Assembly: GCA_907165135.1 (NCBI GenBank)
Contig: OU015566.1
Coordinates: 8,618,001 to 8,682,000 of the forward strand
Source: Oikopleura dioica
Lineage: Eukaryota; Animalia; Chordata
Length of the DNA stretch: 64,000 bases
Reading direction: 5' to 3'
Shown here: piece after piece, positions 23,401-36,762 of the stretch
Layout of the letters: every line of letters starts with the position of its first letter
How positions within the stretch are numbered: position 1 is the first letter of the stretch
The notes under the pieces: generated by a model
Seen by the model: only the letters and a program-made list of their open reading frames with translations
Told to the model about the DNA's origin: nothing
The model's database searches: none
Translations under genes and position numbers: made by a program

Positions 23401-26400
23401 TATTCCATGACAAGTAGCTTATCACGTGAGCTTAAATTTCAAATTTACATCCTGAAAAGAGGTCTTGCAAGTTCACCCTTCTGAGGTTTTCAGTAAAAAA
23501 ACTCACTAAAGTATGATCACGACGGTCTAAAATGCTACATTCCAGGGTTCCGCTCTTGGTGCTTTTACTGTGTCGCAAATTCTACAAATTCTCTCTTCGA
23601 GTGTCCAAAATGAGCCTTATAAAAAGAGTAACTAACTCACGTGGTTTTAAATCCCAATGAAAACCGAATAAAAATTTTTTTTTTGAGTAAAAATTAAGAT
23701 TAAAAAATATACCTATTTTAGAATACACTAGAAAAAGATGATAAGAAAACTATGCTTTCATCATTTCAGAATCAATAGTTTTATCCTTATTTCTAAATTA
23801 AATGGACACTAACATGAGAAGCATAAGAATGAAGTTCAATCTCATTTCTCTTTTCAGACTTGGGAAAATCGCGTCATCAAGGGAAAGGGCGATTACTGTC
23901 AAACATTATGCAAGTAAACTGAGCATTCTGTTTTATTTATTCATAAAATGGGAAAATGATGTTTGCAGGAAATCTCACGGTTTTGAACAAATAACATTTG
24001 ATTAAGTGCGAACGATAAAGTCGAGATGCTTCCGACACGTTAAAACTGGCCCATTATAAGCAATCAGGAGGGCTAATTAGAGAGCAAGTTAAAAGCTTTC
24101 TTTACATATTATTTCCTTACTTGTTTCGCTCTCGTCAGAGCTGCGTAAGCCGAGAACCGTACCAAGCCAAAACGGATTGAAATTCTTGTTAAACTCAGAC
24201 AATCTACTGCAAGACAAGCTAATCCCTTAAAATCGAGCCGTTACCGCGAAAAACAGTAGTAAGCCATGGAACTCACATTTCTCCAACTCTACTCTCGATC
24301 ACGTGGTCGTTTCTTCTTCTTCGGCTTCCGACGAAGATCACTCGATTTTCCGGGTTCAGGGTGGATTGGACCTCCCGCCGCGCCGATTTTCCCCAAAGTC
24401 CTTCAACGAATAAACAAACAGAAACAACCCAAAATCGGTCAATTCTATGTTGTTCGTGTGTTATGTATACCATGTCCGACAAAATGCGATCATTATCGCC
24501 AAAGGGGTCCATTTCAAAAGCGCGTCCAACTGATCCTGGGGGTAGATAGAAACACAAGAGCGGCGAGAGGGGAATCACGTGGGAATCCTCTCGGCGGCTA
24601 AAGGGGCTCTTTATTAGGGCCAGGAGATTTGGGCCAAGGTAATAAAACCAAACTCTTTTCCCAAAAATCATCATCAAGGCAGTGATCGATGCTCTACTAA
24701 ATAATGAGTTCTAGCGCGGATAACAGTAACTCATTTCAAAAATCATGACCCCCCGGAAAAATCCGCTTCGAATATGAAGATCAAAATCAGAATCTTCTTT
24801 TTTTGTATTTTTTGAATAACGATCATTGTTTCCAAATGACCTCTTGTGGAAATTAGGTGCACATGATATTAGCACTAAGTGTCATCTGAATATCAAACCG
24901 AATATGGCTGATACGCCGATATCACGTAAGTGTGACGTCCCGGTGGAATAGAGTTGCACCCTTTTCTTTTCTCCTGTGACCTGCTAGGCGTCAAGTTCAA
25001 AGATCACCAGTGGGCGAAATCAATTTCAGAAGAATTCAGATCCCGGATGTATGATAATTTTCGTTACGAAGAAGAATGAAATATGTCCGGGAGACTTTCG
25101 CGGATTCTCGAACATTTGCGCAAAATTATTTTCCGCTTTTCTTACGTAAGAGTCAGTTGACTCTATTCTATACAAGCATCAAGTTCAGCTTATGCAATCT
25201 TAATTTATATTGAGCAGTTTATTTGCCGGCATGTTTAGATTAATTATACTAATCATGTCTTCTATCTTGCAAGTACTTTTTTATGTAAGACACTTTGTTC
25301 TTGATCCTTATATCTTTTGAAATTGCTTATTGCCAATATCAATTACCAGTTGAATGAAATACTATCTATTTTAGACTGAAATCGATTTGGTAGGACCCTC
25401 CAATTTCGATATAATCTCGCTGTTCAATAGATCATGACAAGATGCCTGAGCCACGAGCTGGCTGGAACATTTCTACTTGACATTTTCCACGCGATTGAGT
25501 CAGATTTAATGAGCCACTACAGTTTGAGACATTAGGACGGGCATTAGATCTCGCGTAGACGGGTATTTAATACCCTTTTTGGCTGGATATAGAGCTGTTT
25601 CTGGCTCTTCTTTGCGTAGAGCGATGCTAGTCAGGTTTTGTGTTCGACTTGGAAAATAAACAGACTACGATGGATTAGACAGCTAGTCGTCTGCGGGGTC
25701 TGAGGGGTCTGCACAATGCATCTGAGCGGGCAGGGCAGAAAGAAACTCACCCGACACAGCAGCCCACGGAAACAACTCGCGCACTCGGCTGACCCGGAGT
25801 TCTGGGTGCATCTAAGAGTGCTATTGATGCTCAAAAGACGATTGTCTGTCTAATTCGCTTGTCCTCAAAAATATTGTTGATAAATATTTTTCAATGCGCA
25901 GTAATCCGCATACGTACTGTCAAGGAAAATGATAAGCGTCGGAAAAGTAAGACGTAAATAATAAACATCATATTGTGAGACGTATTGGCCCACTTCTCTT
26001 TAGAAAACTGGCAAATCACAATAACAGTTGTTCGCTTGCGAGACTAACGTACCCATGTCGAATTGAAATGATAACCGCTTATCATCTCGGCGACAATGAA
26101 CGGTAATTTATCATTACGCAAGGTTACGGCCAGGAAAGCTGACTGATGATAACCTCGTCTAGGCTCTTTTTATCCCCACCCATAAACATAGATAGGGAAG
26201 TCTTTTCTGAGGACATTACACCCGTTAAAGGAAATTGGTGCTTATCGCTAGTAAACAAGCTGTTCGACTAAAGACAAGGTGATAAACGCGATATTGGCTT
26301 CTCCTTGAACATCGTTGACTTTCCTGAAAAGTTTTGGGTTTAGTGAACACCTTTTGAAGTTCATTGGTTGAACCTGCGTTTGTATATATTAATACTTGGA

Positions 26401-28642
26401 GCTTGCAACTTGCAAGCCCGAAATCTCCACAGATAGATTGGGTTGAAAGAATCAATTATTGAAGATAAAAGTGCCTCGTTTATCGGCCTAATGTGAAGTT
26501 GGAGGGTAGACGCATTCAAAACGGCATTCTTTGCGTCGAGAGAGAATGAGCGCCGCACTTGGAACTTCCACTGCAATCAACTGTAGCGTCGCCGAGACAC
26601 ATTCTTGAATTCAACCGCAGAACGACAAGTTGCCCCCTGTCATGCTGCGATAAGACTTTTAAAAATTCGCTGTAGGATTTCGAACTGGCTGTTCTGCCTT
26701 AACCTTAGTAAGGTGGACTAAGATAGACTTCCTCAAATCCTGCGTAAAAAAATTATCTTTTTGTTATTTACTGATAAGGAATTACGACACTGATATTCCA
26801 AGGTGGTACTGTTCACGAGAAATGCCCCAAAAGAACGCGATAACTAGCTTACCGGTGCGAGTTTTAGGAACGAACAGAGAAAATCTGTGTTCGATCAACG
26901 CAGATTACGCTAGTGGCAATAATAACTTACCCCCAGCTACTCTGGATCATCGTCAAAACAACTTACTACTACTTGATCGTATTTTATAATTATATCGACT
27001 GGATTTTCTTGTTATGGGAATATTTAGACAATTTGAATAAATGCTGACGCGATAGGTTCAGGAAACATTGAATAAATATTTTTAAGAAATTGATGCGCCG
27101 CTCCAAGAAATAACATAAAAAGTTCAGCGGGCTGCGACCAAAATTCAGGCTCCTTCAGGGCGTTTTTTAAATACGTACTAGTCTAATTACGATTTAATTA
27201 TTTTAGGTTAATTGGCTCCTTAGAAAAAGGGAGTCTGATTGTAGATAATAATAAAGGGCGGAAAACAAAAGACCGTGTCGTTATAATTTATTTCCAACGT
27301 TTTTACGGATTTGGTATTGTTTTGAAACAAACTTTTTTGAATAAAACAGCCACGATCTCTTAAATTACCCAACGCATTCGTCTAAGAGACACCTTCTTTA
27401 GGTCACTTTAATTCCTGCTTAAATTTCCTGGCGGTTTGATGACGCGGGAACGCCTTTTGATACCTACCTCTACTCCATTTTCGTCCTTTCCAACATCGTC
27501 TGATCGGCAAACTGTCTACGCGCCAAATACTAAAATTAGGAGGAAAGAGGGACGACTCTGCAAAAAGCTGAGAATTTCGTTATTTCAAACTATTCTTTCC
27601 AATATCGTTAATTTCTTGCCTCCGCCTTGAAAATACACGTTGCCGATTGATCTGATTGTAAAAGATTGTCACGGAAAATTTACCGCTGAAATAAAATTAC
27701 TCAGTTCGAGAAGAACTCTGGCCCAATTCATGTTAGAAATTTGCCCTTTAGAAAAACGTTCCGACTTGATAATAATCTGTTAGATTAGACAAGCCACAAG
27801 CTCACCCCGATTCCTCCCAAAATCTCAAAAAGCCACAGTCTGGATTGTTGAATATTTTTCGGTCGGATGAAAATTTTTAAAGTTCTAAGCTGGTAGATTT
27901 AGGCGTGTTTCGGTTGTTCTAACATCTATATTTTCATTCACGGCCTTTGTACTGAATTTCGCACGTTTTTCCTAAGCACCATTATAAGTGCTTTCAAACA
28001 AAAGATACACGTGCGCAACAGAATGCCACTAAACCAGGATTAGATTGTCGAGGAATTGCTCGAAAACAAATGATCTTTCGAAGATAAAAACATCAAGATA
28101 AAAAAGTAATTGTATCAAATGAGTTTGAATAATATTGAGGCTCATTGATGTTCCGTCTAATTGCTTTCTGCTCAAGACAAGTCAACTGTAACTACTTGTA
28201 GTCGGTTCTTTTGGAATTGATGATCATGTGATTTTTATTAAAAAATATTAAAGATACTGTGAAAAAATGAAATGAACCGATGAAAATCATGCTTTTTTGG
28301 TGTTTTCGCTGATTGCATTTTACTCTTACAAGATTCTTGTAACAAGAAATGACGATGCGAATTAGTAATTATTATTACAAAATTTATTTTGTTCTACATT
28401 GCCATAGCGGACTGTTGGAACAAAATGTTTTCAACGAAAATACTAGCCTCTTTCATTTTTATGAAAAACTTTATTAGATCAGCAACATGAGGAATTGTCA
28501 ACTGTAACTGTAAGAATGTGAAAAAAATGGTGAATTATCTGTTATTTACACTGTAGATTTTACAGGCGTGGAAAACTTGGATTTAAGTGGCAGAAGACGA
28601 TAGCCTATCGATAGGACAAAAGTGAACTAGTTTAGACATGTT

Positions 28643-30900
28643 TTAGTCAAGATAGAGGACATTTTCGGAGATCCGTGATATCAATCCGCGATTGAGCTTT
28701 GTGTCAATTCCTTTTTCTTCCATCCAAGTCTGAAAAAACTAAGTATTTTTGAAATTCAGCGACGCAACTTACAAGTAAGATCTTTTCAGCCTTCGTTGAC
28801 GGAGTTTTTTTATCCTCGAACAGAATAACAATCGTTTTGTTTTTAGCACTTTCAAGTGCGCGTTCATCTGTTATTCTATCCCGGGTTTTTAGATAAATAG
28901 GAAATACTAATTAGACCGCATTTACTAAGTACACCATGCTTGGTAACAGCGAGTATTTGACGCGTAGACTACATGGATCTATTGATAAGGGAGAAGGGAG
29001 GACAGATCGTTCCTGAGTTGTACAAAATACATCGTCATTTAAAGACACGAAAAATAAATCGCCGTGACAAAATGCGGCTCTGATGACATTTCACTCCCGA
29101 AATTAGACGGCTGAAATCGGAGACTGTAATGATCTGCCTCGTCATTAAGCCTTTTCATCCCCTTTTCCGGAAGACAGTTAGGTTTGCTATACGCAATAGG
29201 CTAGCGATTAAGTCGAAAGTCATCCCTTCTTTTAGAAAATTAGCGATTATTAAAGAGATAAACCCTTTGCCCATAAAATGCAAGCGCGGCATCAGATGGC
29301 ATCTCTTCGAAATGTTCAATAATCGCTCCTTTGTCTTCGTGGAAGCTTCGCTCAAGCTCATCCATCAACGAATTCCTTGATCGTACCTGAATGAAACCCT
29401 TTGATAACAATTTGAAACATCTTGAGTTTACCGTTAGCACTTTTTTCAGGATCAAAGTTTCAAAAGCATATGTGCTATCAAAGTTAAAAGGTACAATTGA
29501 CCGTAAAATTACCTTAATCGCCAGTCATTACAGGCGTGTAAAAGCGATAACTTGATTCTACAGTCACGTGCTTACCCTACACTTTTCTCATTATCCTGCA
29601 CGCTCTAAATTTATAGGCGTAACATTACCAAAACTAACATGTTAGATTTCGAAGCCAAGATTTTCCTCACTGAAAATTATAATTTCGATGCCGCCTTAGG
29701 AAGGTAATGTAACGTATACTATACGGTAAACTACTACGGTAGATTTTAGGAATCAAATTCTAGCCCCCTGTTTTTTCTTTGAGAAAAAGTTAGAGAGGCT
29801 GAATTCTTACCTTGTGAGATTGAATTGACTTAACATCCTGACCCCTGGCTAATCGGCCAAGGTCATTTGCGAATTCGAGATTTTGTGGCGTCAGCGCTGG
29901 TGTCATCAGCAGAAAAACAAGCGGCCGCTCTGGCGGGTTGACGATCCTCTAGGAACGTGTAAACAAGGAGCAGAGCAACTTGTGATAATATAAGTGGCAA
30001 ATTTAGAGCAACGTTTATCTTAATAAGCTGGCTGAGTATTAAACAAACCTGTCTGTTGACAACAGCGAAGATAAGATTCTGGTCACGTTGTGAGAGCTTT
30101 TTGCAGGTTTATTTCTGCTTTCGCAAATTAGGGTGTATTTTTGAGCTTTCAAAAAATAAGAACCGAATCCTGGTAGTCCTGCGTGAACGTATTTCGGCGG
30201 AAATTGAATCGCTCAAGCTCCAGTTCTCGGGTGTTGTCTACTTCCTTATCGATGAAATTAAATGAATTTCAAGTTAAAGTCAACTTACGAAAAATGCTTT
30301 CTTAGCGGGCAAGGCAGTGAAAAACGCGACAATTGCGATGAAAATGCAGAGAATCGATGGATCCAAAAGCTTCTTCAGTAGTCCAGTCAAAGATTTTCCA
30401 TCTTCCTTGCTTTTTGAGATGATTTGGCTTTCTGTAGCGATTGTGGCATCGTTTTCTGATGATGGTGATTCGTATTCGGATGATGGTGGCTCCACACTGC
30501 TTGAGGAATATGGTTCATCAGTAGTTCCGTCGTTGATTGACTGATCCCCAGATGGCCCCGGAATTTCGCGAAGAGGTGAGAGTTGTTTCCCTATGGGGGA
30601 TGAACAAGAATTCTTTTTGGCATTTGGCGTTCGAAGATTTTTCTTGGTGGGGCTTTTCTCAGGTGATGATTCATCGGAAGTTCTTTGCTTCTTTTTCCCA
30701 TTTTTCTCCCAGTTTTCTAAAATAGAAGAATCTGTTACTTACTTGATGTAGGTCAGAAAATTTCGAGAAAAGAAAATTATCTTGTAACATTCACATGGGA
30801 GCAACAGAGTTTATACCAGTACTCAGAATGCAAGAGCTCGTGATATTTAATTCCGCAAGATCTCGAGAATTCAGACAATTAGAGGCCTTACGGATCCGCT
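28643..30900 (-). CDS. TOR1AIP1: Torsin-1A-interacting protein (LAP1/LULL1-like)
   Basis: Ser/Lys-rich N-region and a single TM (SILCIFIAIVAFF). Lumenal domain motifs ERPLVFLLM, GAIIEHFEEMPSDAALAFYG|ITDERA and C-terminal RGLISRISENVLYLD (arginine-finger SRIS). 5' end approximate. Confidence 0.75.
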
Positions 30901-31473
30901 TTATTGCTAGAAAACGGAAATTTAACGTGCATTTTAGAAGCATGTCTATATTCTAGCTTTCTTATCGCTAAGCCCACTTGTCATTTATCTGCGGCGCAGA
31001 AACAAGTTTTGAAATCGCGGGCTGCAAACTGTCTTATATCGACTATAATCAGCAACTAGTCCCACGTACTTTGGTTGGCAATTTTCGCAAAAATTGCGAA
31101 TGGTTATCATAAGCCGAGATAGAAACAGAATATCCGTAGAAAGGTGGCTTAAAATTGCTGAGATCGTTTGAATGAGCTGGTCGGTGCCAATTTAAGGTTT
31201 AGGCTGACCGCAATATGTCACTAGATTAATTCATAGAGACCCTTACTATACCTAATATGAGCCCTGTGGATCAACAAATTATTCCGCAATTACGATTCGT
31301 CAAGAAGATACAAATGCTGCTTCTATGCAATAACTGATGCTTCAATCAAATGATGAGTGTCCCAAATTAGCTGTCAGTCTTGATTTAGACATTTTAGACA
31401 TTTAACATTTCTACTGTAATGAGATTGATGAAATGAATTATTAGTTTTCTTGATCATTCGATTTGAAGAAAAG

Positions 31474-34063
31474 TTATTTGGTCTTTATTTCAGTTTGAGA
31501 AGCATCAGAAAACTTTGAGTCCTTTCTCTTGAAGTAGATAGGAAGAACGGAGGCAATAGCGGAGATGACGACGAAAATGATAGATTTGAAGGTGACAGTA
31601 TCAGAAGTCGAGGTCAATGTGTAAAGCGTCTGGCCCGCTTGTACCGCCAGCATCGAAAGTGGCGCCACACCTAGAAAGTTTAATAAGTTTAATCAAATTT
31701 AAACTCGTCCACTGGCAAGTCTAACACGTAATCAAAAGCTGTCTTTTTAGCCCAACTCTATAATTTACAGATTTATGAGTGTTTTTTTACATGTAAAATG
31801 CTCAAGCCGAGCTAATGACCCTCTTAACGCCGGTGCGAATGAAGATGAACATAGTTTTGAATTTCGGGTGTCATAATTGGAGAAATACGAAGGTATAGTT
31901 TAAGAAATTTCAGACTGATAATTCATTTATTTTAGGAATAGATTCTTTGTTAATTTAAGTAATTTGAAAAATTATTGCAAAATAGGGAGTAAGAAGGTAT
32001 TCCGCTAGAATTTGCAAGCGTAGAATGTTATCACATAAATAGCTAGAAGAATGCATACCGATAACAGAGCCCCAGAAGAACGGCTTGAGTGGAACTCCAA
32101 CAAGTGGCCCCGTGAGGTTGATAAACCAATTCGGCAAGAACGGCGTGATACGAAGAAAGAGGATGTAATTGAATAAATCGTCGGAGTGATGCTGGACTTT
32201 TTGACGCCACTCGGCCATCTTTTCCGGCATTAATCGTTTGGCCAACGGTTGCCCGACGACTTTTGACATCAAGAAGCATCTAAAAACGAACTTTTAAAAA
32301 ATCCAAAATTTCGTTGTTTCTCCATCAACAAAATTAGGAATCGAGTGTTTCCGTGACAAAATTCCTCTAAAAAGGGCTTTTGAACGTGTGGATTAAAGAT
32401 GAGCCACCATTTAGACATTGAGTAGCTTCCTCCGAGTATTTTTGTAAAGGAAATTATCTTATCTTTAATTCTCAGAAGAAAAAAACTGAAATAAAAATGG
32501 AAAGAGTGAGACAGCTTTGTTATCAGTTCGTATCAAAAAATCAGGTTTAGCATACTGTTGAGATGCTTGGCCAAATTGCACGGGCAATAATGTCGTACAC
32601 ACGTGCGTCTTATTTTAGCGCAAAATTAGCATAAAAAAGGTGCTTTTAGAAAATGGTAACGTCATTATGCTGAAATTACACGGACCTCGGTGCGCAAGTG
32701 TGTGGAGCTACGAGCTCCTCTGTTTTGGTGCTGACTCAAACGCGCCAGAACTAAGACTGTACGTCTTCAACTGATAAGAATAAGAATTGCACTGTTTGCT
32801 TTTCGTTAAATTTTAGACTGTTATAGAATTCACGTTGCCACTCGAAAAATTGAGATAACCGTGTCATAACAGGTCTGCTTCAATTTTGACCGATAAGGCG
32901 GGCAGACTGAGGATTTGTTCGGCGAATTATGTTTTTGTTTTATTTATCAGGTGCTGTTGTGCTGGGAGATACCGATTGGTTCCAGTGGACTCAAGCATCT
33001 CAATAGCTGCGGTTTAGTTTCTAACGTATATTGCTCAAAGTCAATTCTTGAGTCTCTTTTTAGAATTTTGCGAAAAGTTCAATTGAGGACATTTGTCCTC
33101 AACGCACAATTTAATATCAACAATATTCGATAAAAAAACGACTTTTGGGTCACACAAAATTGTTTGGCATCCACAATTTACACGAAATAAACAGTCGAAT
33201 AATTTAATAGATGTCTAACTAAAAGGACGATTCTAAACTTAAAAACATTCCAAAAGTTTCGGGAACACGTGTTAAAGCCTTAAAATTGATCGCCTCCTGA
33301 TGAAATGCGCACTTGGCGAAATACTGACTGTACAAAAATGATCGATTTTATACAAAAAAGCCACCAAATACGGGATTATGGGTCGCTGGAATCCGTATTA
33401 GCTGGTCGTACAGTCGTAATTGGAAGAGCTCGGGCTACTTACAAGCTGGCACCAGTACCGGAACAAACACAGATCAGTGGTAAAGCAACATACCAAGGCC
33501 ACATGAATCCACCAAGAATAGAACTTTGAGGCAGGGTTTTACTAGGGCAGTAAATACTACTTTTTGCTATACCAAAAACTGAAGTGGAAAATGAGTTTTT
33601 TGACCGGGAAAAGATGCGTGTTCCATCATTTTCCCCAAAATAGTCGATACATTTGTTACGCCAAATAATAGTTAGCCTTCAAACAGAATGAAACCCGTTC
33701 CAGAAAGTAGATCCGGGAATTGAAAAGGTCTGCATAAACACATAGCAGCTGCACCAGGCCGACATCACTGCGTAGAAGTGCTAAAACGATGAATTTAGAA
33801 ATCAATGAAAGGAGTTAAATGCCGATAAGCTCGGTGGGGGATTGATAAGCGATGAATTTCTTAAAGCGGATATGAACACGTAAGCGATAGTTGTCGAGAG
33901 TGCTACTTTGACCGTGGTACTTGATAATACTTACCCATAATACACTATGAAAGGAAAAGAGAATTTGACCAAAAATAAATTCATAAATTACCCACGCCGA
34001 AGTGCGATTTTCCTGGCGCTGTTTTATGAGCTTTTCTGTGACAGCGAACAAACGAACGGCCAT
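31474..34063 (-). CDS. TMEM41B: VTT-domain scramblase TMEM41B
   Basis: Exons YVFMQTFSIPGSTFC|SILGGFMWPWYVALPLICVCSGTGASL|CFLMSKVVG...FLRITPFLPNWFIN...|VAPLSMLAVQAGQTLYTL are colinear with TMEM41B. The N-terminal exon structure is unresolved. Confidence 0.9.
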
Positions 34064-34079
34064 GAAGGCTCTACCGCAT

Positions 34080-35882
34080 TCTTATTAGACGTTCAGAGCA
34101 AGGGTACATGTTTCGATCATAATGCCTTGGAACTGTATTCAATGCGATGTAACAATAAGATACGGAGACATCGGAGAGAATGAATGCGAAATCTTGGGAG
34201 AGTTAGAATGTCTCGAGGGAGACGATGGGGAGAATTTGCAGCTGGAAAATTGGTAAGTGCTAGAATTTATTGATAAATACAGCTTCTATTTTCATTCTAT
34301 GAAATTAAAACTTAAAAAGATACCAAATCTTATGGAATAAATAATAAAAAATGATCCGCATGAACGACAAAATACTAGTAAGATCCGCCCGTGGCAAAAA
34401 TTCCGTCAGAAGTCCAGAGAAACGTGCAAATAAAAATAACTCGATAAGACTCTATCAATCTGGCCAGTTATTTCGATCAATTTCGCCATGCACCTGAAAA
34501 TCTCAACGATAAATCTGCAACATGTTAAACGAAACTTTCAGTTACTACCCATGCCAAACCGAATTCACAAGCTGGCAAATAGATGATATGGTTACGCAAA
34601 GGCTGATTCGCAGTTGCGCTTCTAGCGAAATGAATATTGACCCAGATATATTCAAAATCGAAATTTCAACGTTCAACCAAAATAATTGCAACTACAAGAA
34701 TTCCGAAGACGCGTTCTTTGAAGATACTGTGTGTTATAATGGCTCGGCCGAGACTAGTGTGCTGGAGTGTTATCAGGGTCCGGTTGGTAAATATTATGGG
34801 GAGGTTTCATAAGAACATGCTTCGGTCGGGTTTTCGGTTCACCGAAAGAAACTGTCTGTGTGCCAACGCAGCAGTATTTAATAGTTTCATTTGAAAACAA
34901 CATGAAACCGTTAACAGAAAATGCAAGTACGACACACAGGCGAGTCCCATAGACAAAGACCTACAGACAAAATGTGTAGAATGCAAAGAAAGCGACGAGA
35001 ACAACCCAAGCGATTATAATTATTGTTTGAATGAGCCTGTTGAATCAGAATTTCCAACAAAAATCTGCGACTCATCAGCTGGCTGTTCATTGATACAAAG
35101 AGAGGCCGAGGAACGACGGTGGGAAAATGGAAACGAAAGTTTGATTAAGAAAACAAAGATTGTACAACGGGCGTGCAAAGACACTGTACCGACAGAAGAC
35201 TTGGGCCGGATAAACATCAGAGAGGAGGTGTCACAGTGCCGCGGTGACTTGTGTAACAAGCGGAAGTTCGATCCAATTTGCCTCCCGACGATTACCTCAA
35301 CTACTTCAAGTACCACTACCACTACTTCCACAACGACCACCTCCACTACAACATCAACTACGACAACCTTTACAACAACAACTTATACTACAGCACCCCC
35401 AACGACGGACACAAAAACATTATTGACAACATTTCCAATAACAACATTAACTACAATACATCCTCTCAAAACAACAACAACCCGTTTAATGACAAGTCCA
35501 ACCACGCTAAAACCATCTACAAGCCAAGGTTATTTTCATATTCTTGAACGAGGGACCAGAGAATTGACGCAACTGTCATAATCAACAAATATTCAACAAT
35601 GACGACATAATAGAATAATGTCACTTTTGACTTTCTATTTCAGAAATAACTACGCTGAGATCAACAATTTCTTCGACAGCAAACACAAAAACAACAGTTG
35701 CTGACAGGGGAACCACTTCAACTGTCCTCGATTATTCTACGCAAGCCCCTTTGACAACTGTAATATCTTCTTCAAGCACTACTGATCCCCAGCAACGCAC
35801 AGTGTCACTCGCAATTATTGCTACGTTAGGGGGAACATTCCTAACTATATTTATTATTATGATCGGTCTTCGACGCCGCTGA
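34080..35882 (+). CDS. Membrane mucin-like protein with Cys-rich Ly6/uPAR-like repeats, Thr-rich stalk and C-terminal TM
   Basis: Repeated CxxC...C...CN modules (WNCIQCD, KCVECK, QCRGDLCN), a poly-Thr stalk, and terminal VSLAIIATLGGTFLTIFIIMIGLRRR*. Signal peptide exon unresolved. Confidence 0.7.
35288..35520 (+). repeat. ACN-rich low-complexity coding repeat (Thr stalk)
   Basis: Run of ACA/ACT/ACC/ACG codons encoding TTSSTTTTTSTTTT. Confidence 0.85.
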
Positions 35883-36762
35883 GTTTTTCTAAAATTCAAT
35901 AAATTTCCATTTTTTTATCGACAAAAATCTCTCGTGTGCAATAAATCGCTGCCCAAGCAATTTCATACGCTTGATATTTCTAAGTAAATTTCTGGAGCAG
36001 AAGCTCTTTGTCAAGAAATACTTACAGTGCTCTGATACACAGAAATAACTCGAGCAAGGTTTTTTGCATCGTCCAAATTTCGCGGCAGTTTGATATGAAC
36101 AAGCTCATCGGGGCTGAAGTCGGGTAATTGCAGGTAAACATTGTATAGTCCGAAGGCAGCGCAGATAAATATACACTAGAAGGAATATTGAAGGAAATTT
36201 ACAGTCATTCATAAAATTGAAAATAGAGCCTTAAATTTTAAGGTGCAAATCAAATTTACGGGGAACATGACAAGTCGAGAAATCCCGTATTATCAGCTGG
36301 ATTTTGACTTTCAAAAAAGACTTCGAAAGAGCAACAACTCCGGACAGTTGAAAAAACATACCAGACATAAGGTGGCGGCTTTTTGAAAGCTCAATTCAGC
36401 CATCTTTCTTTCTCTTGTTCTCAATTTTTATATAAAGTGTCAAGATTTCAACTTTTCTTCGAGCTAGCGCATTCTGAACAAGGTGAGCTTTGGGGACGAT
36501 AGGTCACGTGTCTTCTAATAGACGTTTGTCTCAGACAAACTTAAAGTCGGCTATCCAGGAAGGCTCAGCAGGAAGCCACGATTAATCTTTGCCGGAACAT
36601 CGGATTGAACGTTGAAGATTATTGGAAATGAGTAAACAATTTTCCAGAAAAAAAACGGTATTTTCGAAGCAACGGGTTCGAATATGTTTAAATATATTTC
36701 ATGGCAGCTGAATGAATTGAAATGAAGTGAATGAATGATACAGTAGCGTTTAAAATAAGAGT

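Noticed and set aside
24755-24820. GKIRFEYEDQNQNLLFL resembling a Penelope RT motif; overlapping ORFs at 24266-24677
   Set aside because: No YxDD or other RT motifs nearby; similarity too weak.
30280-32280. Apparent scrambled TMEM41B, with an N-terminal-like TM exon downstream of the C-terminus
   Set aside because: The missing TMEM41B exons were found upstream (33435-33790), and the 30280 exon belongs to the TOR1AIP-like gene.
33935-33944. 10-nt micro-exon in TMEM41B
   Set aside because: The splice sites are plausible, but the translation does not match the family better than alternatives.
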